Shown here: one piece after another, positions 39,030 through 51,449 of the stretch
Layout: the number at the start of each line of letters is the position of its first letter
How positions within the stretch are numbered: position 1 is the stretch's first letter
NCBI GenBank assembly: GCA_965649765.1
Contig: OZ287759.1
Coordinates: 34,038,001-34,102,000 of the forward strand
Length of the DNA stretch: 64,000 nt
From: Bispira polyomma
Lineage: Eukaryota
Reading direction: 5' to 3'
Program-made: the position numbers and the translations under genes
Notes under the pieces: model-generated
Seen by the model: only the letters and a program-made list of their open reading frames with translations
Database searches by the model: none
Told to the model about the DNA's origin: nothing

Positions 39030-41550
39030 TTATAATTCAATATCTAGTTCCAACATTTGTACTGACACATTAAGCCATACTGGCTGTTCTACATACATCA
39101 ACAGTTCTCTGTTATTTTGTACCGTATGTTGCCATCTGGATAGGAGATCAGCAGCTCTGTTTAATTTACCCATCACATACACGTACTGGAGGTCTACATC
39201 TGCCAGTGCTGCCAAATACCACACATTTCTAGCACAGGCCCCTAAAAATGGGTCCCTGGCTCTACCAGATTGCAACACTTTGACTACATCATCATTATCA
39301 CATTTGATAAGTACTTTCTTCCCACTCCAATGCTTATAGAACAATCTCAAAGCAAGTAATATATTGATCATCTTTAAATGGACAACATCTAGATTTTTGT
39401 AACCCCTACATATTGTAAGATGGTATACCATATCCTTCCATCTGCCCCCTAGGCCTACTAGGCATGCATCAAGTTCTAACACAAAATCAGCATTTTTGTG
39501 GTCATAAATGGAGATCCCATTGTACAGTGGCAGAAATTTTGAGAACCATCTCAAGTCTCTAAAGAAATCAGTGGGCAATTGAATTTTCCCCCCATGCTGG
39601 CTTCTTCTCAGAAGTTCCAGCATTCTATTTAGGAAGAAACAAGCTGGTTTGACACATTTGTGGACGTACAGTAGCAGTCCCAAAAGGGACTGCAACTGAC
39701 GTGTAGTACAAGTCGTTGTTATGCCATTCCTTAACCACTTCATTAATTTTGTTAAATTTTTCACCCGGAATTGAGATGGTTCCGTTCTCAGTGTTTATTA
39801 GTACCCCTAAGCATACAGCTTGCGTACTAGGTGGTATAAGTTTTTTGTCACTTATAGTCAAACCTAACTTCTCCAACAAGTTGTGTAGATAGTCATATGA
39901 GTACTTGGCAACCGTGGGCGTGCCGTACCCAATAAAATCATCTATATAGTTGACAACGCTGTATCCACGACAACGCATGACATACCACACGCCATCGCTC
40001 AACTGCTGAAAGATTTGGCTGACATGTCAACTACCAAACGGCTGACACGTGTCGACGTAAGTGCCATTCCAAGACAGGCCAAGTAAGTCGTAGTCACACG
40101 GATCAATTTTGACGTGTCGAAATGCCCGACTTACGTCAATTTTGTATACATGCGCTCCACACCCCAATTTTTTAAGTTCATCTGTGATATAATCTACCGT
40201 TGGGAAGGTCAATGAAAAATCAGTCCCAAGGTAGTTGTTCTTATCAATGCCTGCATTCAGCGTGTTGCCTTCTGGCCAACTCAAATCAATAATGACACGC
40301 CTATTGGCCGAACCTGGTTTGTCTCTGGTCATAAAGGGGGAACAATGCCCTCCTTTTATTGGATGTTTGTCAAAAGAGCCTATTATTGCCCCAAATTTAG
40401 TTTTTTTTCATTTAAATATGTCTCTATGTCCTCTGGGTGTTCAATTGCAGACTTGTGGTTCTCCCCTTTCCACACTAAGTCATTCTCCCTATTAAAGTCC
40501 AGAGAGAAACCATATTCAATCAAATCAATTACTTGTTGATCCCAATAATCTTTTAGAACAAGCTTCCACTGATCTACATTTAATTGGGATTTAACTGGAA
40601 TTCTTGTTTGTTGGAAATTAAACTTTCCACTTTTTTCACTTCATAATGGGCCTTTATGGGATCTGTTACTACCGGGCCTTGAGTTTTTACCTGATTGTTA
40701 TGTAATGGGTCAGACATTGGAACAAAGCCATATCTACAGTCTGTTTGCTCTAACCACAGTCTGTGTGTCAACACCTTATCCAGTATTTGTGTCACGTTCC
40801 TATGTTTGTAAAACAACGAGTGTACAAACTTGTCATCACCACTCTTGTTTATGTCAAACAATTGTTTTTGTCCACCACCCGTTTTCAGTTTGTTTTCACA
40901 TTCAATTAAGTTACTGCTAACTTTTATTTCAATTTGATTTAGGACGCCCACTTGAGCCCTATCCCCACTTTGTTAACTTGTTGACATCTCTTTTGTCCCC
41001 CACTTACAGCCCCCCATAGTATGGGTTGCTATTAATGGGCGAGAGTGGACCACTTGTTTACACAAAGCCATTGTTTCTCTGCTACTACCAATTACCTTTG
41101 TACACACGTTTTGTTTCACCCCGTCCCCAGTGACAGGGCTGTTCTCATTACCAGACCCCCTTTTGACACGACTCCAGTTAATTGTTTGTTTTGGTTTGTT
41201 TCTCTTCCCTTCCCCACGGGACTATGGAAGTACCTCACCCAATTTTCCTTTCTACTAGCCAACAAGGCTTCTACACTTTTTCTTGCTACTTTAGAATTAT
41301 AGAAATTTCTATTCCTGTGTGGCTCGTGTACTTGAGCCATGTTTTGTTTATTAAACCTGTCACTGAAAACGTGCTTTTTATGACCCTGTTCCACACCACA
41401 CTGTGTAGAATAGACTTCAGCAACCTTGCTGTCACACATATAAACATTGTTTACATCATTTACATTAAACAACACACTATTGGCCTCGCCTGGAAATTCA
41501 GTTTCTTTTAGTCTATGTACATAGCTGCTCCCTTTATTTAAGAAAGGTGA
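39030..41550 (-). pseudogene. Element C RT/RNase H (disrupted)
   Basis: MTRDKPGSANRRVIIDLSWP, KIDVSRAFRH, YIDDF, LDACLVGLGG, KCDNDDVV, NRAADLLSR. Confidence 0.92.
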
Positions 41551-41582
41551 GCAGCCTGCTGCTCGTTTTTTGAGTGATATGA

Positions 41583-42474
41583 TTATTGGCCAAACATACA
41601 ATCTTTTTCTGGGTGAGCACTCACCCTGCCCCTTTCCAGGCAAGCCGAACATATATGTTTATGGAGTTTGCCCCCGTTCTTGTGGTCCTTGGCCTCGCTA
41701 CATGCCCCCGTTTGGTAAAGTTTACAATACCAATGTTTCCTATTTTGATTGAATTCCTGATTTTTACCCCAGGTACCTTTCTGTGTGACTACATGCTTCT
41801 GTGCATGAGCCCTATGTATTCTATCTATCCTATGACTGTCTTCCCATTTAACCGTCTCCCTTTCCATCTCACACAAAAGAACTGCATGGGCTGCTTTAGC
41901 CGATTGCCACGAGAAGAAATCTTGTTTTTAACTACCACCTCAATATTTCCACCCCTTTTAGATTTAATTTTACTTGACCCTTCATTACCTTTTTGACTGG
42001 TGGACTCAGCCTCTAGCTCACGAACTCATGCATCAACCTGTTTTTGTAATACATTAGCACTTCTCAACGTTGATATCCAAGGGACAATTTCCTCATCTGA
42101 GGATGACTCAGACGAGTCTTCTAAAGTGGAAACAGTACGTTTTTAGTTTTTGTTTTATACTTGGAACTACTTAACTTAGTTTTGTCCTTTGGTGATGATC
42201 CGCCAGCCGCAACCTTGCCCCCTACCACGTCCAGTCTTTTGTTGACCTTTCTCAGCTGCTGCAGTATTTGCTGCTGTATGTCCTCCTCTGATGAAGCTGA
42301 CTCTGCTGAGGGAGATCTCCTGCCTTCTGTGTACTTCTTGGTCGCCCTGTCTGTCTTCCTCCCCTGGTTCTGCTCTGCCTGTTGCTCCTCGGCCACTGCC
42401 GTACAGTTTTTTCCAGTTGGAGGATAATGTTTTTTCAAGCACTTTTTACAGTTTACTTTGTTTTTGCTCGGCAT
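41583..42474 (-). pseudogene. Element C ORF1 (gag-like) with N-terminal CxxC-H-C motif and C-terminal Cys/His fingers; internal deletion
   Basis: CKKCLKKHYPPTGKNC, IKSKRGG, RIDRIHRAHAQ, CKLYQTGAC...HKHICSAC...HPEKDC. Confidence 0.82.
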
Positions 42475-42807
42475 ATTTATTATTGCCTTTGCTTTTATTC
42501 AATTGTTCAGTATCTAGAGATAGAAACATACACAAACACCCAGTACGCTTTTCGATGCAAATCCAAGCTTGATAGCCAATTTGAACTAAATACCCTGCTA
42601 ATTATAATAGGTTAGACCATCCCTTTTTGGAGGCTTTTTCAAGCCAAATCGAGCCTGAGGTTGTCGAAGAGCGTGTCTAGCATACGTGTAGCAGTAATCC
42701 AATATGTTGCACACAAAATGTAAATGTCTGATTAAAACAAACTAAAATATTTATAGATTAAAAGTTGCTTCATATAAAAAGTCATAAAAAACATAAGTGA
42801 ATTCAAA

Positions 42808-43039
42808 CACATAAATCACAACTGACTCCTTCATTAAGTCAGTTTGAACTGACTTGTTTATCCCTTATTCTTAAGCAAGAACCAGTCTTGTCCAATTAGC
42901 TTCGTTGTATACCTAGTTACCTAGTGATAGAGGGGGGGGGGATTCTAACCCATGTCAAAATTAACCAGTTAGCCTGGTCTCCTAAGAATTTAGATTTGGG
43001 TTGGAGGCCTGACCCCTGTGATGCCTAGACACCACTGCC
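42808..43039 (-). repeat. Element C repeat A1 (5' terminus, probable promoter)
   Basis: Matches A2. Ends just after an initiator-like TCAGTT on the minus strand. Confidence 0.9.
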
Positions 43040-43619
43040 TAGTAGCAATCAATATTGAATTTAAAACTAAATATTTATTATGAGTTATAACCTTGAAAGA
43101 ATTATAATTCCCCATGTACTCTAATTTAAGGTTGTAGAATGAATTTATGCAGTTTTTTTCTTATGATAAATAAATTATGTGCTTTATTAAAAATGTGTTA
43201 AAATGGGGGTGTCACCTTTATATCATTACACAGGGTGATGCAACATGGGCAGATCTTTAGAGTTTTTTGTTAATATTTTACTGATGGTTTTAACACGCTA
43301 CACAATCTTGAGTTGAAAGAAAAGCAAACCGATTTACCTTATTATTATTATCTAGCAGGTTATATGGGTTAACATATGGGTGACTGTTATATGTTACAGG
43401 TGGTGATATTTATGCTATCAAAGTGAGACCCATTTTATAACCTAATTTGTTGTGAATTTGGATGGGTTTATAACATGATAATCCTTGACACATAAAGAGA
43501 ATACCTATGTGTGAAATATAAAAATGAAACAATCTAGTCAAGTTACTGGGCTTTATGAGTGATACTAAGTACACTGGCTGGTCAAGGTCAAGAGCAATGG
43601 TGTTGAAAACAAGATTATT

Positions 43620-44140
43620 CAGTTTGAAATTGATGCAATATTGAATAGGAAGTCAGTGTAGATCTTTAAGATGATGGGTGCTATATTACCAGGAACAACC
43701 CAACGGACCATGCAAAACAGGCAATTTGGAACAGCCCAGAGCTTTTCACAACTTGCCTTACTGATGTCAGATAAGAAGGAGTTACAGTAAAGAGATTTAT
43801 TGAATACGGGCCAAGATGAATAGATATGGGGACTGAATAAGTCAGTTATATCATTGGACAGCCAGGTTTTTATCTTTTCCACAAAGGCTTATACTTATCG
43901 GGGACAGTAACAGGAAACAAGCTTTTTAACTTCTTTTTGTGTTCTACCTTTGCCAATAGGAATGGTTTTGTCACAATTAGGTTTCGGTTTAGAAAAACCC
44001 TTCAAAGAAACATGGACCTGTGCGTTATCAGCATTAAAATGACAGCTAACTTTGAACTTAGATATTACTTGACTGAGAGGAGTGGTATACAGTAAAAAGT
44101 AATAGAACAAGGTCTGACTTTTAAGGATGGTCAAATGGTT
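43620..44140 (-). mobile_element. Highly degraded L2-like RT fragment
   Basis: LLYTTPLSQVISKFKVSCHFNADNAQVHVS resembles the L2 LYTxPL...YADDTQ block. Confidence 0.55.
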
Positions 44141-45055
44141 ATGACAGAATGTGATCTAATTTGATTATCTGATGTCTGGTTGCTTTTCTTCTGCAAATTT
44201 TTCAAATAAATAGCACTATGTAAACTAATTCCAAAAATCTCACACCCACTGTTTCTGGGTATTAGAACACATCCAGAAATTTACTCTTTGGTAGTGTAAT
44301 ATTTTTACGGAGGTATGCACACTACTGAGTGCCCTGCTTGTAATGAAATGTTTTTATTATTGCCTCATGACTACAGATGTATTGTGTGATTGAGAATTTT
44401 TTATGTATTGGGATGTAATATGATACACTATTGACAATGTCAGTCCACATATTCCAAAAGTTGAACCATACAAAAGTCACTTATCTCAAGTAGATAGAGC
44501 TATAAAACCCTGAAAGTATTGGTTGCGCTACTACTGCTAGGTAAACCCCACAGGGTTAGTAAGGTCAGTGCTGACTCTAAATTCTTTTTAGAAAGCTATT
44601 CTGGTTATGCTGACCTCTAATAGTGATTGACTGGCAGTTGGCCTCCTTCTCTCTTAATTCCCGCCAAAAACTACAAACCTCACTTCAAATTAAGAATTTG
44701 TGAAGAGCAGAGTAAAGTAAATTAAAATTAAGGTGTATAAACACTGTGGTGTTATGCTACGCCTAAAACGTTTTTACAATATAATAAATAATATTATATA
44801 AAACAACAAAATGACTAGACACACAAATAAAAGGCAAACAATGACTAGAATAAAAAAAAAAAAAACAGAACAAAATGACTAGACAAACAGATATATATAT
44901 ATATAAATAAAATACAAAACGATGACTAGAATATAAAGGGTCTACTATTTAATAAATAATATAAAGAACATTATTATAACAAATAACAAAAAACAAAAAC
45001 AGCAATATTAACAAATAAGCTACAAAACAATGACTAGAAATACTAATGCATTAAA

Positions 45056-48000
45056 ATTTATGAAATAAGTTAATTTCTTTTAAATAATTAAAAACACTAT
45101 TACATTTGCATCTAACAACTATTACATTATTACTATTAAAATATTTTCTTTGAATGTCATGTAGGTCGATAGTCTAATAATATGCGTGACTGTATTGGGA
45201 CAATGACATGGAATGCACCAGGGCATATCCTCACCTTTTAACAGATAACTGTGAGTAAAATAGGTGTGTCCTATACAGGCTTGAGTGATAGCTATTTCTT
45301 CCCTACAAGATAAACCCGTCCAAAAATTAAAATCTCCAACATGAGGGTTTATTTGAAATAGTTTGTTATCAGGACACGCATTCCATTGGGCTTGCCACTT
45401 TTGTTTAAAAGTACTATTTACATTAACTTTAAAGTCTGTATAGGGGACTTTCAAGTCTAAAATGTTAAAATTCAATGCTTGTTTGGCAAGCTTGTCTGTC
45501 ACTTTATTTCCCTTAATACCTACCTGACTAGGAACCCATGCTAAAACTACTTTTTTGTTCGCTAACAAACACTGATTAAAAACCTTTAAAATATCCTGTA
45601 AATAGGGATGATCACAGTTATTGCCCTCATTGGCTTTCAGACTAGAAAGAGAGTCAGTGAATACAATAAACTTTAGCCCCTCACAATTTCCAATAATGTT
45701 AAATACCATTTTCAGAGCCTGCAATTCAGCTGTGAATATGCTAGCATTGCCAGGTAATCTAATTTGGGCACTGAGGTCATTTGATGTTGCTGCTGCAGCT
45801 ACTTTGTTTTCATCTTTAGAACCATCAGTATATATTGCCCTGTGGTCAGGATAACAGTTGATCAACTGGCTAAAGAGACTTTGAAATAAATAATCGTCTC
45901 CTATATTTTTTTCTATTTTGTGCCAAGTAGTAATCAATGTGTGGTTTTTGTATAGTCCAGGGTGGGTCTTCTGGCAATGACACAGTCTGAATTAAATCCA
46001 ACCGAGGACAGACAGCAGCTAAGTCTGCTTTAATACGATGCCCAAATGATCTTATAGCAGATGGTTTATTTTCATACTTATCTATGGACTGAAGGTTATA
46101 TACTACTTCATAGGTTGGATTTTAAGAATTACTTCTCAACTTTATTGCATACTGAACACACAGTTTATGAAATATCAGGCATAATGGTGGTTCATTAGCT
46201 TCTACATATAAACTTTGCATTGGAGAAGTCCTAAAGGCTCCTAGGCATATACTTAAGCCCTGGTATTGGATAAATTCCAATTTTCTCAAATAAGACTTAC
46301 GGGCAGAGCTAAAAACTGCGCAACCATATTCCATCCTTGATCTAACAAAAGATTGATATATCCTTAGTAGTACACTTCTGTCCGCACCCCAATCCATTTT
46401 TGAGACTACTTTTAATAAATTCATTGCTTTATCACATTTGTTACGCACATAGTCAATGTGTGCTTTAAAATTCAACTTGTTATCAAGCATAATGCCAAGA
46501 AACATTGTTTGTGTTGCTACAGGTGTCTGAGTGCCATATAATGTCAATCTTGGATCTAGATGGAGTTTTCTTTTGTTACAGAAGTGCATGCATACTGTTT
46601 TAGTTTTAGAAAATTTAATACCATTTTCATCAGCCCATTTTTCAATTTTATTCAGGCATAGCTGTAATTGTCTCTCTATAGAGGCCATATTATTTGAGCT
46701 ATATGTTATTGAAAGGTCATCAACAAAGAGAGGCTTTTCAAAGTTGGATGGAATAATATCACTTATGCTATTGATTTTTAAAATAAACAAAGTAACAGCA
46801 AGGATACTACCTTGAGGAACACCTATTTCTTGATTGTGCATATCTGAATAAACTCACCCCAGACGAACCCTAAAAACCCTATGGGATAACAAATTCTGAA
46901 TAAAAACAGGCATTCTACCACGAAGCCCTGCCTTATACAAATCTCTGGCAACACTATATTTTTATACAGTATCATATGCTTTTTCCAGATCAAAAAATAC
47001 TGAAACAACATGGTTGCCTTTTAAAAATGAATCTCTAATTAAAGATTCAAGTCGAACTAATTGGCCTGTTGTAGTTCGACCTTTTCTAAAACCACTTTAA
47101 TGTACACTTAAAATGTTGTTTTTTTCAAGGAACCAAACCAATCTTGCATTTATCATTCTTTCCATGGTCTTGCAAAAGCAGCTCGTCAAAGATATGGGAT
47201 GGTAATTGGACGGATCTTGTGGGTCTTTATCAGGCTTAGGAATGGGTATAATAGTTTGCTTTTTTCCAGCATTCAGGGATTTCACCTGTTAGCCATATTT
47301 CATAAAATATTTCTAAGAGTACCATAAGTGAATCCCTTGGTAAATGTTTAAGTAATTGATAATGTACATCATCAGGCCCTGTGGCTGTATCATGAGACTT
47401 TTATAATGCATCTATTAATTCCGATATATGAACTCCATGTTATAATTTTCATGGTTTCTTGATGCAAGATTAAGCTTTTCTTTTTCAGTCTTTTCCTGAT
47501 ATTTCTGAAACTTAACAGAGTAATTCTTATTGCTGGAATTTTTGCTTATTTCTTGGGCCAACATATTTACTATATCTCCTCTTTCTGTTATTTTACTTAC
47601 ATCAGTATTTACTAGATGTGTCATTGTTGTATTATTTTGCCTTCCATTTATTTTCCTTAGCATTTCCCATACCTTTTTGGCTGCAGTATTTGTATTTAGT
47701 TTTGATATATATTCCTTCCAGGAGCTTCTTTTGGCTGCTTTAATTACACTCCGAGCCTTAGCTCTGCAGTTTCTATATTCATTTATATTTGCCGATGTTG
47801 GATTTACACAGCATCTATCGAGGGCTTTCTGACGAGCTTTAAGGACTCTTTTACATTCATCATTAAACCATGGTTTAAAACTACCAGTGGACTGTTCTGA
47901 GGTTTTAGGTATACTTTTTGTGGCTGTGCCATTTAATTTATTCATAAAAACAGGAAACTTGTCATTCAAATTTTGAAATGTATCTCTATTAATTTTAAGT

Positions 48001-48733
48001 GAGCAATGTAGCTGATATTTTACCCAATCAGCCTTTTTAATATTCCAACAGGGTATATTGTCTCTTGGTATATTTTTAACTATATCGATTAAAATTGGAA
48101 AATGATCACTACCACATTGGTCACTGTGAACTTGCCAAGTATATTGAATATTGGAACGTAATGATAAATCTATTACAGTTAAACAGCCTGTAGCTGGATG
48201 TAGATATGTAGGAGAATAGTCATTGAGTAAACAAACACTAGGTGAGTCTAATATATGCTCAATCTTTTCTCCTCTACTATCACAGTGATTTGAGCCCCAC
48301 AACTCACTATGGGCATTAAAGTCCCCTATTAATAAAAATGGTTGTGGCAGTTCATTGACTAGATTATCTAAGTTTTTCTGTGCAACTGTACAACTTGGTG
48401 GAATATATATACAATATATAGTTATTGTTTTGTGTAGAGATACTTTACCTGCTACGGCTTGTAACTGTGTAGTTATGGTGATTACTTCATGTGGCACACC
48501 TTTTTTTAACAAATAATGAGCAACCTCCAATTACTCTTCCATTAACTTCTGAAACACTAGTTTTGTAATAGTGATCATAGCCTCTTAATTTGTAATTGTC
48601 GTTGTTTTTAAAATGTTTCCTGCAAAGCTAAAATGTATGGACTAAAATCAGAAATTAAATATTTAATTTCTTCAAAATTTGGCTTATAGCCACATCAGTT
48701 CCACTAGATAATGTGTTTTTGGTTTGGTTTCAT
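45056..48733 (-). pseudogene. LINE ORF2: APE endonuclease, RT, RNase H
   Basis: LIGDFNAHS and GSDHFPI (APE). YHPISLTSCFCKTMERMI, GVPQGSIL and LFVDD (RT). YTDGSK, AELQAL, FTDSLS and WVPSQVGIKGN (RNase H). Confidence 0.93.
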
Positions 48734-48749
48734 TATTTATTACAATTTT

Positions 48750-49776
48750 GACTCTGGGGTCATTCTCACCATCTGAGTAAAGAGTATCTTGTTTATTATA
48801 TTGTTTAATAAGATCATTTGACCCTTTTTGAATTTCTGTTTCCTGTTTTGACAGCTTGGTTTCTATTAAGAATTACCTTGCTCTAGTTATTTGTCACTTT
48901 GACTGTAACTTTGTTTAAAACTACTTTTGAATCCTTTTTATTTGGTAATTTTTTTGGACTTTTTAATGTTTCTGGCCGTGTCCTGTCTGTCTGAGTTTCT
49001 TTGGAGCAAAGTGTCACAGATTTTTGTTACTTGGGCATATGATGTTTTTACACTATTAAATATTGATATTTGTTTCTTGGCTTCTGTATAAGATATTCTT
49101 CTTTCAGTTTTGATCTTTTGGATTTCTTTTTCTTCTTTCCATTTTGGGCAAGTTTTGTCAGTAGCTGCATGATTTCCTTCACAATTAATACACTTGGCAT
49201 CAGTTTCACATTCATGTATATCTGTATGATTCTCACTGCCACATTTTGGGTACACTTCTTTCCTCTACATATAAATTTTGTATGACCAAATTTTTTTACG
49301 CCTTCTTTCGTCCTCTCTAAAAATCGTTATTTGGTCTAACTTTACAGCACCCTCAGATTGCAAACCTTCTAATATTTCATCATCTGCACATTTTTTGATA
49401 TCTGGACATCTTATCACTCCTTTTTTTGTATTCAAAGTATTACAGGGGTTACACTGATTGGTATTGAGTAGTCCATTGTCAAGTCCAATTTTGTTGTTTT
49501 CAAAAGTTTGTCATTTCGCTTTTCTTTATCTACCTCAACTAGAATATTTCCTGATCTTAGTTTCTTGATGGTGACAGGTTTAGTGCCCAATACAGATAAA
49601 ATTGCCTTATTAACCGCAAAAGGTGAAAGTTTCAGTAGGGAATTGTCTGTATCAGAACCTTGTATGACTAAAAATTGAGGCCAAGAACAAGCAATACCAG
49701 TTTCCAAAGTCATAATTCCTGGGTCATTCGTGGGTCTAGTCCTTTTCCTACCATCCGTTTGATTTTGCGATGCCAT
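48750..49776 (-). pseudogene. LINE ORF1 (gag-like, CCHC)
   Basis: KLSPFAVNK, IKKLRSGNILVEV, KCGSENH...C, KCINCEGNHAATDKTCP, ISYTEAKK. Confidence 0.88.
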
Positions 49777-50366
49777 GGTTAAAAAGGTAATATTCACTGC
49801 AAATGCTCTCCACCCACCCTTCGAGCCCAACAAGGGGATATTTAATTGTGTGGGGCTAAGCCCAGCACACAGGTACCAGAGATACATTAGCAGTATACTC
49901 AAAGCCCACCAAAAGTGAACCTCAATTAACCTGTTAAGCAGCCACCTTCTAGATACTCCAAACAAAAGCACAAACCAGACACCAGCAGAATAAAAGTAAC
50001 AAAAACAACGATATAAACCTTCACTAACAACAAACCATCACTTAATTTGGAGCACTAGGGCTTGGCGCTACCAACCGATTAATTAAGCCAGGCCATCTTA
50101 ACCTTCCGTCTAAGTGAAATTGAATCCAAAGCTGTGTATTGCCTCCTCAATGCCGCAGCAAGGTATTGGCTAAACAGCCAGGACCCTCTCTTCCACTGAC
50201 TTGTCAAACAGTTTTGACATATGCAAATTTTGGCTCTTCTTTTAGGGCAACGGTTGAGGGCTGTTCTTTCTTTGATTTAAAAATTTAACCATATTCATTT
50301 GAATTTACAAAACCGCAACCCGAAAATCTGCATATACCAAAGCATTTTTCTGTGTATTTTGTAGAG

Positions 50367-51423
50367 ATGGCAAATTATGATTGTCAGGCATGTAAGACTA
50401 GCCATAAGAAGCCCATTGATGATAAATGTCCGTAAACTGAAACTAATGACAAAGTGCGGGTTAAGTTTACGCATTTTAGAAGAACTGAAAGGCTTTAGTG
50501 GCCGAATGTTAGCAATGGAAAAGCATGTATATCAGACTGAAATTAGAAATAATGTTGCAGGCACTACAAGTTCTGTGGCCACCATGTCTAGTATAGTTCC
50601 TGCTACACCCATGTTTGTTAAACCTTCAGTGGTTGGTACTTCTAGTGTGACTACTGTGGCCCCTGCTCCGGTGAGGTTCCCTGCCACAGCTTCAGCCCCA
50701 GTGACAAATCAAACAGTGACTGGCCGGGCGGCTCTTGCTACTCCAGAGATAGATGACACACTGGTTTCTTTGCTGAATACCCTAAAATCTTCTGACTACC
50801 TACAGCATGCAGTGGATACCAGACTGCGCGTCCTGGCTGAACTCAATGATAAAGGTAATTTCAAGTCCAAAAGAGGCGGAGCTAAAACGATCTGGGTTAA
50901 ACGTCAGGTGGCCTGGCCACAGAATCATATACTTGGGGGTGCCACAAAAGCACGTACAACCTATGACAGCCTTTTAATGGCTCAATGGGTATCCGGTTTC
51001 TGTGCCATAGCTAGAGATGAAAACAATATTGACATAAAATACGTCATGCTAGATTATGCCCAAGACCTAATGGAAGATTGTAATGATTTTTCCTTGGCGG
51101 CTGCCAAAGGTAACCATGCAGTTTTGCTTTGTCGAATGCAAGAGGGTAAAGTTTCATGGGAAGAAACAACAAAAATCAACCGAATTAGAAGGGCTCATGC
51201 CCCCAAAGTGATCAATACTTCGACTCATTCTAACTATCATGGTTCCAGTAGGCAAAAAAGTAATAAAAAGGGGTTTCCCTGTAGAGTCTGTCAAAAAGGA
51301 TCATGTCCCACCAAATTGATCACGAGACAAAAGTGCCAATGTACTTGCATATCTGTGCCACTTATTTTTCCTCGGGTAAAATTTTCCCCATGCCTCCAAA
51401 GACTGTCAGAGGAAAAAGACTAG
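50367..51423 (+). pseudogene. Element D ORF1 (gag-like)
   Basis: MANYDCQACKTSHKKPIDDKC (alternative frame), KSKRGG, VAWPQN, QWVSGF, RIRRAHA. Confidence 0.82.
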
Positions 51424-51449
51424 CAAGTTTAGCGAACTAAATAGTACAA

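Larger units (their letters stand above)
31884..43039 (-). mobile_element. YR retrotransposon C (Ngaro-like) with split direct repeats A1-ORFs-B1-A2-B2; B2 interrupted by element B
   Basis: A1 42808-43039 matches A2 37272-37501. B1 37504-37967 matches B2 (36766-37122 plus 31884-31987). ORF1, RT-RNaseH and YR lie between. No methyltransferase domain seen. Confidence 0.92.
44711..50205 (-). mobile_element. Near full-length I-group (Nimb-like) LINE with RNase H, disrupted
   Basis: ORF1 with CCHC knuckles, ORF2 APE-RT-RNaseH, a 3' UTR with repeated AATGACTAGA units and a short TTTAA/TTTAC tail. Ends approximate; no TSD found. Confidence 0.88.

Noticed and set aside
44800-45045. CRISPR-like repeat-spacer array
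   Set aside because: The repeat core is only ~10 nt, spacers are low-complexity and irregular, the context is a eukaryotic LINE UTR and there are no cas genes.
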